Assembly: GCA_963779755.1 (NCBI GenBank)
Contig: CAVZZO010000003.1
Location: 1,600,001-1,664,000, forward strand
DNA length: 64,000 nucleotides
Direction: 5' to 3'
Source: an uncultured Gemmatimonadales bacterium
GTDB taxonomy: Bacteria > Gemmatimonadota > Gemmatimonadetes > Gemmatimonadales > GWC2-71-9
The notes below the pieces were generated by a model. The model worked only from the letters and a program-made list of their open reading frames with translations. It had not been told where the DNA came from and ran no database searches. A program made the position numbers and the translations under genes. Shown one piece after another: positions 28,665-37,259 of this stretch (positions within the stretch are counted from its first letter, which is position 1; each line of letters starts with the position of its first letter).

Positions 28665-29285
28665 GTGCGCCTGCTACCTCGTGACGAGCGCTTCTTCGAG
28701 TTGTTCACCAGTGTCGCCGAGTTGAACGTCCGGGCGGCCCAGGTGCTGCTGGAGATGTTTCAGGCCGACGAGACCCGCCGCCCCCAGCTGGTCGATTCCA
28801 TCAAACGCTGCGAGCACGAGGCCGACGAGATCACCCACGCGGTGGTCACCCGGCTGGACCGCACGTTCATCACCCCGCTCGACCGCGAAGACATCCACAT
28901 GCTGGCCTCCCGGCTGGACGATGTGCTCGACATCATCGACGGGACGGCACGCCGGACCTCCATCTTCCAGCCCGGCCCGGCACCCCAGGGGGTCATCCTC
29001 CTGGCGGAGGCAATCGGACGGGTCACGCAACAGCTGCTGGTGGCGGTGAAGGTGCTGCAGAACGGCAAGGCGAAGGTGGTGATCAACGCCTGCATCGAAG
29101 TGAAGCGACTGGAGGAGGAGGGCGACGTGATCTACCACCAGTGGCTCGCCCGGCTGTTCGACGGCGCCACCGACCCTTTCGCCGTGATCAAGTGGAAGGA
29201 GATCTACGACAACCTGGAGCGCACGCTGGACGTGGCGGAGGACGTGTCCAACGTCCTCGAGTCCATTGCCATCAAACACTCCTGA
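28665..29285 (+). CDS. DUF47 phosphate transport regulator (PhoU-like)
   Basis: EHEADEI, TFITPLDREDI..L...LDDVLD, EEEGD, IKWKEIY. Confidence 0.92.
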   Translation: MRLLPRDERFFELFTSVAELNVRAAQVLLEMFQADETRRPQLVDSIKRCEHEADEITHAVVTRLDRTFITPLDREDIHMLASRLDDVLDIIDGTARRTSIFQPGPAPQGVILLAEAIGRVTQQLLVAVKVLQNGKAKVVINACIEVKRLEEEGDVIYHQWLARLFDGATDPFAVIKWKEIYDNLERTLDVAEDVSNVLESIAIKHS

Positions 29286-29288
29286 GCC

Positions 29289-30317
29289 ATGGACCGCACC
29301 GTCGTCTTTGTCCTTGGCATCATCGGCGTCGCGCTCATCTTCGATTTCATCAACGGCTTCCACGACAGCGCCAATTCCATCGCCACCGTCGTCTCCACCC
29401 GGGTCCTGAGCCCCGGGGTGGCGGTGCTCTGGGCCGCCTTCTTCAACTTCGTCGCCGCGTTCACCGTCGGCACCGCGGTGGCCAAGACCCTGGGGAAGGG
29501 GCTCGTCGACCCCTCGGTGGTGGACCCCAACCTGATCCTCGCCGCCCTCCTCGGCGCCATTCTCTGGGACCTGCTCACCTGGTGGCTGGGGTTGCCCACC
29601 TCGTCCTCCCATGCGCTCATGGGCGGGCTGGGCGGCGCCGCCATCGCCAAGGCGGGCCTGGATGCCCTGCAGCTCAACGGGTGGGTGCTGCCCATCATCT
29701 TCATCGTGGTGGCCCCGCTCATGGGACTGGTGCTGGGCTTCAGCCTCAATGTCGGCCTGAGCTGGGTCTTCCACCGAAGCAATGCCGGGAAGGTGGAAGG
29801 GCTCTTTCGCCGGCTGCAGCTGGTATCGGCCGCGCTCTACTCCCTGAGCCACGGCGCCAACGACGCGCAGAAGACCATGGGAATCGTGGTCGGCCTGCTG
29901 GTGGCCACCCAGGCGCACTTCGCCGGCGCCACCGGCCTGCTGAGCATCTTCCACCTGCGCACCGCCGACCACATCCCGCTCTGGGTCATCCTGGCGGCGC
30001 ACACGGCCATCGCGCTGGGCACGGCGGCCGGCGGCTGGCGCATCGTGAAGACCATGGGCACCCGGATCACCAAACTGCGGCCCTTCGGCGGGTTCTGTGC
30101 GGAAACATCGGGCGGGATTTCGGTACTGATCGCGACGCATTTCGGCGTGCCGGTCAGTACTACCCATACCATCACCGGCGCCATCGTCGGCGTCGGATCG
30201 GCTACCCGGCTCTCGGCCGTCCGCTGGGGCGTGGCGGGCCGGATCGTGTGGGCCTGGATCCTGACCATGCCGATGGCGGCGGTCATCGCCGCGCTGGCGT
30301 ATCTGGTACTACGGTGA
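29289..30317 (+). CDS. pit: Inorganic phosphate transporter, PiT family
   Basis: GFHDSAN, GLPTSSSH, HGANDAQK, PVSTTH. Confidence 0.94.
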   Translation: MDRTVVFVLGIIGVALIFDFINGFHDSANSIATVVSTRVLSPGVAVLWAAFFNFVAAFTVGTAVAKTLGKGLVDPSVVDPNLILAALLGAILWDLLTWWLGLPTSSSHALMGGLGGAAIAKAGLDALQLNGWVLPIIFIVVAPLMGLVLGFSLNVGLSWVFHRSNAGKVEGLFRRLQLVSAALYSLSHGANDAQKTMGIVVGLLVATQAHFAGATGLLSIFHLRTADHIPLWVILAAHTAIALGTAAGGWRIVKTMGTRITKLRPFGGFCAETSGGISVLIATHFGVPVSTTHTITGAIVGVGSATRLSAVRWGVAGRIVWAWILTMPMAAVIAALAYLVLR

Positions 30318-30358
30318 CCCGCGGTGCAGGGGCAGGCAGGCCTGACCCCTGCACCGGT

Positions 30359-31501
30359 TCACGCCGCTTGCCGCCGGCTCCCCGCCACCGCCCGCCCGTA
30401 CTGCTCCAGCAGGTCGTCGAAGATCCGGTCCCAGCGGCGTTCCTGCGCGGTGCGGAGGGCGCCCGCCGAGAGGCGCTGGCGCAGGGCGCGGTCGTGCAGC
30501 AGGCGTTCCAGGCCGCCGGCCAGCGCCTTGACGTCGCCCGGGGCCACCAGCCAGGCGTTCTCGCCGTGCCGGGCAAACTCGACCACTCCGCCCGCCGCTG
30601 CCGCCACGCAGGGAAGCCCCGAGGCCATCGCTTCCAGCAGCGAATTGCCGAACGTTTCGGTAGAGGATGGGAAGACGAACAGGTCGGACGACGCGTAGGC
30701 AGCCGACAGTTCCGGGCCCGATAACAGGCCCGTCAGGTGCACGCCGGGCAGCTCCAGCCGCTGGAACTCCGGCTCCATGGGGCCGCGACCTACCAGCGCC
30801 AGCCGGGCATCGGGCCGGTGGCCCAGTGCCTGCCATGCCTCGGCCAGGATGTGCAGGTCTTTCTCCCGCGCGATCCGGCCCACGTAGCTCACCAGCATGT
30901 CGCCCCTGCCCAGCCCCAGCCGGCGCCGGTATTCCTCCCGCCGGAAGGCGGGGCTGAAACAGGCCGGATCGACCCCGCGGGTCCAGATGCCGGTGTGGCG
31001 CACGCCGCGCGCCAGCAGGTGCCGCTCGTAGACCGACGAGGGGCACAGCACCACGCTCGCCTGGGAGTAGAACCAGCGCAGATAGCGCCAGCCGGCGCGC
31101 ATGACCCAGTCCAGGCCGTAGCGGCCGGCGTATTTCTCGTAGTCGGTGTGGGCGGAGGCGACCAGCGGCAGCCCCAGCTGCCGCGCCACCCGCAGGCCGG
31201 TGAGGCCCAGCGCGAATTCCGTCGCCACGTGCACTACATCGGGCTCGAAGTCCTCCACGTCGAGGAGCACGTCGCGGTAGCGGGGGAAGGCCCACTGCAC
31301 GTCGGGATAGAGAAAGAGCGGCACGCTGGGGCTGCGGTGGACCTCGGGCCGGTCGGCCGAGCCGTCGGGCAGCGGGTAACTGGCGGAATAGACCCGGACG
31401 GTGTGCCCCCGCGCGGCCAGCGCGTCGCGCAGCCGCGTGAGGGTCACCCCCACACCGCTCACCATGGGCCAGTACACTTCGCTGAAGAGAGCGATCTTCA
31501 T
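30359..31501 (-). CDS. Glycosyltransferase family 4
   Basis: P.VSGV, TRGVD, VGRIAREK, FPSSTETFGNSLLEAMASG. Confidence 0.92.
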   Translation of the reverse strand: MKIALFSEVYWPMVSGVGVTLTRLRDALAARGHTVRVYSASYPLPDGSADRPEVHRSPSVPLFLYPDVQWAFPRYRDVLLDVEDFEPDVVHVATEFALGLTGLRVARQLGLPLVASAHTDYEKYAGRYGLDWVMRAGWRYLRWFYSQASVVLCPSSVYERHLLARGVRHTGIWTRGVDPACFSPAFRREEYRRRLGLGRGDMLVSYVGRIAREKDLHILAEAWQALGHRPDARLALVGRGPMEPEFQRLELPGVHLTGLLSGPELSAAYASSDLFVFPSSTETFGNSLLEAMASGLPCVAAAAGGVVEFARHGENAWLVAPGDVKALAGGLERLLHDRALRQRLSAGALRTAQERRWDRIFDDLLEQYGRAVAGSRRQAA

Positions 31502-31746
31502 GGGTCCACAGATGACACAGGTGGCACGGGCGCTGAGATCACGTCCGCGGACCAGGCGGTTTGATCCACAGATCACGCTGATTGCGCAGATTGGTACCAG
31601 ACAATCTACGGCTCAGCCCGCTACCGCGCGAGTTTCCCGCGGCTCCCGGGGAAACGGGTCGGACTTGTGCACATGGAGGGATCCTTGGCGGCCACGGAAA
31701 GCATGCAATAGCTCGGTGTCATCCTGTCATCTGTGTCATCTGTGGA

Positions 31747-32664
31747 CTACAGGCCGATCGCCTGCGGACTCTGGTGCCGCACCGGCGGCAGCCCCGCCGC
31801 CTCACGGATCACGGTGGAGAACCCGCTCCAGTCGTATTCCTCCCGGCCCCGCGCCAGGGCTTCCACCATGTGGGTGCGGATCAGGCCGGCCAGCGGCAGC
31901 GGCGCGCGGAATTCGTCCGCCGCCTGAATGGCCAGCGTCACGTCCTTGAGCCCCAGCGGCATGGCAAAGCCGGCCGGGAGAAATTCGGTGGCGGCGATCT
32001 TCGGCCCGTAGCCCTTCACGATGGGCGAGCCGAACAGCGTGCCCGAGAGCATTTCCAGCATGCGGGAGCCGGGGATGCCGCTCTTCTCGCCCAGGGCGAA
32101 CGCTTCACCCAGCATTTCAATGGTGGCGGCAATCAGAAAGTTCCCCACCAGCTTGGCCAGCGACGCCTGCTCGGCGCTGTCCATCGGGAAGCTGCCCTGG
32201 CCCAGCGCGGAAAACACCGGCTCGCACTGCGCCCGCAGCGATTGCTCGCCGCCGGGAACAATCCAGAGCTTCCGGGCGGCGGCGGCGTCGGGCCGGCCGA
32301 ATACCGGCGCCGCCACGAAGCCCTGCTTCGCCGAGCGGTGCGCCTCCTCGAGAGTACGGGACTGGCGCACGGAAATCGTGCTCATGCCCAGGTGGATGCC
32401 GCCCTCCCGCAGCCCTTCGATCAGGCCGTTGGCGCCGAAGGTGACTCCCCCCACGGCGGCGTCGTCGGCCAGCATGGTGATCGCGATATCCGCCCCGCGC
32501 GCGGCCTCCGCCGGCGTCGCGGCCGGCTCCGCGCCTTCCATCTCCTGCGCCCGTCGCGCGGTACGGTTCCACACCCGGACGGGAAACCCGTCCTGGATCA
32601 GATTCGAAGCCATGGCCCGGCCCATTCGCCCGAGACCGAGAAACGCAATGATGGGTTGGGACAT
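31747..32664 (-). CDS. Beta-hydroxyacid dehydrogenase (3-hydroxyisobutyrate/tartronate semialdehyde reductase family)
   Basis: GLGRMG, WNRT, MSTIS, APVFG, KLVGN, KD. Confidence 0.9.
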   Translation of the reverse strand: MSQPIIAFLGLGRMGRAMASNLIQDGFPVRVWNRTARRAQEMEGAEPAATPAEAARGADIAITMLADDAAVGGVTFGANGLIEGLREGGIHLGMSTISVRQSRTLEEAHRSAKQGFVAAPVFGRPDAAAARKLWIVPGGEQSLRAQCEPVFSALGQGSFPMDSAEQASLAKLVGNFLIAATIEMLGEAFALGEKSGIPGSRMLEMLSGTLFGSPIVKGYGPKIAATEFLPAGFAMPLGLKDVTLAIQAADEFRAPLPLAGLIRTHMVEALARGREEYDWSGFSTVIREAAGLPPVRHQSPQAIGL

Positions 32665-32737
32665 GATGCGTGCCCTCGAAGCTGCAAGTCTTATCAGGGA
32701 TGCGCAGGTCGCCGGTCGTAATCCGGCCCTGGCCATT

Positions 32738-32890
32738 CCGTCCTGCCGCCTTGCCGTCCTGCCGTCTTGCGACCGAGCGGCCTCCAATAAGAGCCGCGAG
32801 GAAGTCCTTTAGGGCCGTCCTGCCGTCCTGCGACCGAGCGGCCTCCAATAAGAGCCGCGAGGAAGTCCTTTAGGGCCGTCTTGCCGTCCT
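32738..32890 (+). repeat. Two tandem copies (61-bp period) of a ~47-bp element embedded in GCCGTCCT octamers
   Basis: TGCGACCGAGCGGCCTCCAATAAGAGCCGCGAGGAAGTCCTTTAGGG at 32768-32814 and 32829-32875. Confidence 0.92.
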
Positions 32891-32892
32891 CA

Positions 32893-32965
32893 CTGGGGCG
32901 GCTGGAGTCGAACCAGCAACCTCCCGGTTAACAGCCGGGCGCTCTGCCAATTGAGCTACACCCCA
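32893..32965 (-). tRNA. tRNA-Asn (GTT), CCA not encoded
   Basis: Minus strand TGGGGTGTAGCTCAATTGGCAGAGC-GCCCGG-CTGTTAA-CCGGG...GGTTCGACTCC...CGCCCCAG folds as a cloverleaf; U1-A72 pair. Confidence 0.95.
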
Positions 32966-33172
32966 CGGAATAGCCGTCAGGAGGAATGTAACAGCGGGAT
33001 CGTATGCACCGGGCTCAGGCGGGGGAGGTGGAGCCACGTGCCTGGGCGCGGAACCACGCCATGACGGCGGCGCGGCTGCGGCGGCTCACGGGGATCGCAA
33101 CGCCGGATTGAAGGACCAGCCTGCCTCCCCCGCCCGCGCGGACAGCGGGGAGATGCGATTAGTGTTTCAGGC

Positions 33173-33817
33173 ATGGCAGGCATCTCCTCCAGCAGCTCGC
33201 CGCCGGCGGTCTGGGCGCTGGTACTCGCCGCGGGAACCGGCAGCCGCTTCGGCGGCGGCAAGCTGCTCGCCCCCTACCGGGGAACGCCGCTGCTCCAGCC
33301 GGTCCTGGAGGTCGTCCGGTCCGCCGTCCGGAGTGGCGCGCTGGCAGGGGGCGCCGCGGTGCTCCCGGCGGGCAATGAAGCGCTCGCGCGGCTGGTCCGG
33401 GGCGTTGCCCTCGATCCGGTCACGAGCGACGATCCCGGCGCCGGTCTGGCCGGTTCCCTGCGGTCGGGCCTGGCCCATCTGGCCCGGCGCGCCGGCCCGC
33501 GCGACGCGGCGCTCATTTTCCTGGGAGACCAGCCCGGGGTACGCGAGACCGTGGTTGCCACCCTGGTAGCGGCGTTCCGGCACGACCCCGATCCGGTACG
33601 GCGTCCCCGCTACCGCCAGGAACCGGATATCCCGGGACACCCGGTCCTCATTCCGCGCCGGTACTGGCACCTGGCCGGTGCTCTGGAAGGCGACCGGGGC
33701 TTCGGCGCGCTCCTGCAGGATCGCGCCGTGCCCGTCCACCCGATCGACGTGCCCGGCCGAAACCCCGGCGTCAACCTGCCCGGCGATCTCGCCCGCCTGG
33801 AATCCGAGCCGCGGTGA
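33173..33817 (+). CDS. mocA: MobA-like NTP transferase (molybdenum cofactor cytidylyltransferase-like)
   Basis: LAAG.GSRFG..KLL, LGDQP, GHPV, GDRG. Confidence 0.8.
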   Translation: MAGISSSSSPPAVWALVLAAGTGSRFGGGKLLAPYRGTPLLQPVLEVVRSAVRSGALAGGAAVLPAGNEALARLVRGVALDPVTSDDPGAGLAGSLRSGLAHLARRAGPRDAALIFLGDQPGVRETVVATLVAAFRHDPDPVRRPRYRQEPDIPGHPVLIPRRYWHLAGALEGDRGFGALLQDRAVPVHPIDVPGRNPGVNLPGDLARLESEPR

Positions 33818-34806
33818 GGCTCACATTCTCCGGCGCGCCCGAAGTCGCCGCGCCCCTGGATCATGTCTGGCGCAAGGTGCTCGACCCCCGCGCGGTCGCG
33901 GCCGCGGGGCCCGGGGTCGAATCGGTGCGCGTCCTCACCCCGGAGCGGTTCCGGGTCATCACCGGCTTCGGCCTGGGCGGTCTGCGTTTCCGCTTCGGAC
34001 TGGACGTCCGGCTGTTCGATATCATCCATCCGACGGAAGTGAAGCTGCGCGCCAGCGGCCACGCACCCGGTTCAGGCCTGGACGTGCTCGCCGCCATCCG
34101 GCTGGAGTCGCTGGGCGCCGCCCGTACCCGGCTGCACTGGGCCGCGGAGTGCGGCGTGAGCGGCATGCTGGGCCGGATCGGCGCCCGGATGATGGAGCCC
34201 ACCGCCCGCCGGCTGACCGGCGAGTTCTGGGACCGGTTCGTGGAGTCCATCGGCATCGTGATGCCGCCCCTGGCCGACCGCCGCACGGCCCAGTGGACAC
34301 CGGCCCGGCTCGCCTCGCCCGCCGCCGCCTCGCTGGCGGGCGCCCTCCTGCTGGACGACGCCCTGCTGCCGCAGGGCGTGATCCCGCTGGGCACGATGCT
34401 CGATGCGTCGCAGGTGGCCGCCATCAGCCGGGCGGCGCGGCAGGGCACGCTCGCCGCCCGGCTGCGGTTCGTCTGGCCTGCTCCGGGCGATATCCCCGGT
34501 AACGACGCCGCCGCGCGGCTGGCCGGCCGCTTCGGGCCGGGGCTCACGGTTTCGCCTCCGGCGTACAGCCGTGTCCGCATCCATGCCCCTCAGGCGGGAC
34601 GGTTCGCGGTTGCCCGCGAGATCGTCACCCGGCTCAATCAGCATGACCTGCTCGATATTCAGCTCGTGCGCAGCGAAGGGCCGGTGGGTGCGGGGGCGCT
34701 GCTGGCCGAACTGGGCTGTCCCTATCACCTGATGCCGGCGGCGGAGCTGGAGCGGATGGAGCAGTGGGCCCCCGCGACGCCACCGGTGCTCCGGCTGGAA
34801 TCCTGA
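33814..34806 (+). CDS. CoxG (SRPBCC) domain fused to a MoeA-like N-terminal region
   Basis: 'APLDHVW..VLDP......PGVESV' and 'G.LGRIGARMM' CoxG pattern, then about 180 extra aa; GTGA coupling. Confidence 0.7.
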   Translation: MRLTFSGAPEVAAPLDHVWRKVLDPRAVAAAGPGVESVRVLTPERFRVITGFGLGGLRFRFGLDVRLFDIIHPTEVKLRASGHAPGSGLDVLAAIRLESLGAARTRLHWAAECGVSGMLGRIGARMMEPTARRLTGEFWDRFVESIGIVMPPLADRRTAQWTPARLASPAAASLAGALLLDDALLPQGVIPLGTMLDASQVAAISRAARQGTLAARLRFVWPAPGDIPGNDAAARLAGRFGPGLTVSPPAYSRVRIHAPQAGRFAVAREIVTRLNQHDLLDIQLVRSEGPVGAGALLAELGCPYHLMPAAELERMEQWAPATPPVLRLES

Positions 34807-34813
34807 CCCGCCG

Positions 34814-35611
34814 GTGAGCGATCATCGCATCCGCAGCAACGGCGTCTCCCTGGCCGTGCGAGATGAGGGCACCGGCGTGCCGCTCCTCCTGCTGCACGGC
34901 ATGTGGTGCCGCGGGAGCATGTTCGATCGGCTGCTGCCGCACCTCCGCGGCTACCGCATCATCATTCCCGATCTCCGCGCCCACGGCGACAGCGACGTGC
35001 CCCGCGCCGGCTGGAGCCTTCGCGACCTCGCCCGCGACTGCCGCACCATCCTGGAGACGCTGGAAACCGGACCGGCCCTGGTGGCGGGCTTCAGCATGGG
35101 GGGCATGGCCGCGCTCCACCTGGCCCTCAAGTCTCCCGGGCTGGTGCGCGGCCTGGTGCTGCTCGGCACCTCCGCCGAAGGCGAGAACGCGCTCCGCAAG
35201 GCGGAGATGATTTCCCTCATCGGCCTGATCCGGCTGGGACTGCCCCGCAGCCGGGTGGGAACCGAGGCCGCGCGCTGGATGTTCAGCCGGGCGTTCCGGG
35301 AGGACCATCCCGACGTGGCGCACGCCTGGTCGAAGGACGTCGCCGCCATGCCGCGGAAGGCACTGACGCAGGCGCTGGAAGCGGTGGGGCGGCGTCCCTC
35401 GCTCACCCGCCGGCTCGCCCGGCTGACCCTGCCGGCGAGCGTCGGCGCGGGCGACAAGGACGTCGTGCTGACTCCCCGCCACTCGAAACGCCTCGTCCGG
35501 GTGCTCCCCGGCGCCACCCTGCGCATCCTGCCGGGAGTGGGGCACGCCCTCCCGATCGAGGCGCCGGAGGCGGTCGCCGGGATGATAGGCGAGCTGCCAG
35601 CCCTGCCCTAG
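34814..35611 (+). CDS. Alpha/beta hydrolase (lipase/enol-lactonase-like)
   Basis: LLHG, PDLRAHG, GFSMGG, GDKD, GH. Confidence 0.88.
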   Translation: MSDHRIRSNGVSLAVRDEGTGVPLLLLHGMWCRGSMFDRLLPHLRGYRIIIPDLRAHGDSDVPRAGWSLRDLARDCRTILETLETGPALVAGFSMGGMAALHLALKSPGLVRGLVLLGTSAEGENALRKAEMISLIGLIRLGLPRSRVGTEAARWMFSRAFREDHPDVAHAWSKDVAAMPRKALTQALEAVGRRPSLTRRLARLTLPASVGAGDKDVVLTPRHSKRLVRVLPGATLRILPGVGHALPIEAPEAVAGMIGELPALP

Positions 35612-35715
35612 GCCCGCGGGCCTGCCCTTCATGAAGAATCCTTCCCTCCATCTTCGTGAAGATTCTAGGGGCACCCGCCTAGCATGCAGGCACGTTCCCG
35701 GCCCAGCGACGTGTC

Positions 35716-37257
35716 ATGCGGATTCCCAGCCTGCTCCTGCGACAACTGTACACCTTCGGCTCCCTGGCGAATGAGGGGGAGGGGTTTCATTTCAGCCTGA
35801 AGAACCGGCTGCGCGACGTGACGCTGACGCGGGTTCGGAGTCTGCGCGTGGACGGGCTGGACATCCCCCTGGACGATCTGGTTATCGATCTGGGCGACGG
35901 GCACACACTGCGCGCGACGGAGATCTCCCCGCAGCGGCCCCAGGCCTTTCCGCTGCGCCAGGGGGCGCGGCTCCGCAGCGCCAGGGGCCTCCTGCCGCAG
36001 GGGCCGCACGAGATCCGCATCACCTTCGAGACGCTGCCGTTCGGGTCCATGGAGATCGCGGTCAAGGACGTGATCGCCGAGTGCGCCACGCACCACTCCG
36101 CGCTGCCCTGCGACAAACAGCACAACGCCACGCCGGCCATCATCCGCCAGCGGCAGCGCTTTGTGGAAGAGTACAGCGGAGTCGCGCTGCAGCACCTGAC
36201 CCGGTACTCCTTCGATCCCGGCATCACCCACGGCAACATCGAGAACTTCACCGGCGTGGCCCAGGTGCCGCTCGGCTTCGCCGGCCCCATTCGCATCAAC
36301 GGCGAGCACGCACAGGGCGACTTCCTCATACCTCTGGCCACCAGCGAAGGGACGCTGGTCGCCTCCTACAACCGGGGGATCAAGGTCATCAATCTCTGCG
36401 GCGGCGTCACCTGCACGGTCACCGACGACTGCATGCAGCGGGCACCGGTCTTCATCTTCGATTCGGCCCGCGAGGCGCGCGATTTCCGCGACTGGATCAA
36501 CGAGCACATGGAGGACATCCGCCGGGAATCGGAAGCGACCTCCCATGTGGCGAAGCTGCTCTACATCGACGTCTACCTGTCCAACAAGTTCGCCTACCTC
36601 CGGTTCAATTTCTCCACCGGCGACGCGGCGGGCCAGAACATGGTGGGCCGCGCGACCTTCGCCGCCTGCAGCTGGATCCTGGAAAACGCGGCCGGCGTCC
36701 GGCGGTTCTATCTGGAGTCCAACCTCGCCACCGACAAGAAGGCCTCGCACGTCAACCTGCTGCGCACCCGGGGGAAGCGCGTCACCGCCGAGGTGGTGGT
36801 GCCCCGCCGGTTGCTGCTGGAGCATCTGCGGGTGGAACCGGAGAGCCTGACCTATCATGGCGGGGTCGCCAATGTCGGCGCCTTTCTGTCCGGCGCCCAC
36901 AACAACGGGCTGCACTCGGCCAACGCCATTACCGCGATGTTCATCGCCACCGGCCAGGACGTGGCCAACGTGGCCGAAGCCTCCAGCGGGATCATCTACA
37001 GCGAACTCACTCCCGCCGGCGACCTGTATCTCTCCATGACGCTGCCCTCGCTCATCGTCGCCACCCATGGCGGCGGCACCGGCCTCGCCACGCAGCAGGA
37101 ATGCCTGGCGATTCTCGGCTGCACCGGCAAGGGCACGGCGAAAAAGCTGGCCGAGATCATCGCCGGTGTGGTGCTGGCGGGCGAGCTGTCGCTGGCCGGG
37201 GCCATCTCCTCCCTGGAATGGGTGTCCGCCCACGAGGAATACGGGCGGAACCGCTGA
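35716..37257 (+). CDS. Class I HMG-CoA reductase homologue with extra ~130-aa N-terminal domain
   Basis: GNIENFTG, ATSEGTLVAS, TGDAAGQNM, DKK, GQDVANV, GELSL..H. Confidence 0.88.
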   Translation: MRIPSLLLRQLYTFGSLANEGEGFHFSLKNRLRDVTLTRVRSLRVDGLDIPLDDLVIDLGDGHTLRATEISPQRPQAFPLRQGARLRSARGLLPQGPHEIRITFETLPFGSMEIAVKDVIAECATHHSALPCDKQHNATPAIIRQRQRFVEEYSGVALQHLTRYSFDPGITHGNIENFTGVAQVPLGFAGPIRINGEHAQGDFLIPLATSEGTLVASYNRGIKVINLCGGVTCTVTDDCMQRAPVFIFDSAREARDFRDWINEHMEDIRRESEATSHVAKLLYIDVYLSNKFAYLRFNFSTGDAAGQNMVGRATFAACSWILENAAGVRRFYLESNLATDKKASHVNLLRTRGKRVTAEVVVPRRLLLEHLRVEPESLTYHGGVANVGAFLSGAHNNGLHSANAITAMFIATGQDVANVAEASSGIIYSELTPAGDLYLSMTLPSLIVATHGGGTGLATQQECLAILGCTGKGTAKKLAEIIAGVVLAGELSLAGAISSLEWVSAHEEYGRNR

Positions 37258-37259
37258 CC

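Noticed and set aside
32665..32848. N-terminal extensions MEAARSQDGRTA... on minus-strand ORFs
   Set aside because: Translations of the repeat element; the same peptide appears twice.
32738..32890. CRISPR array or att site at tRNA-Asn
   Set aside because: No unique spacers, no duplicated tRNA 3' end and no integrase seen.
35716..37257. Mevalonate pathway operon
   Set aside because: No other mevalonate genes in the window; cannot be excluded elsewhere in the genome.
36081..37259. 955-aa ORF as an N-terminally extended ABC1 kinase
   Set aside because: The extension overlaps the reductase in another frame and is low-complexity; the likely start is ATG 37260.
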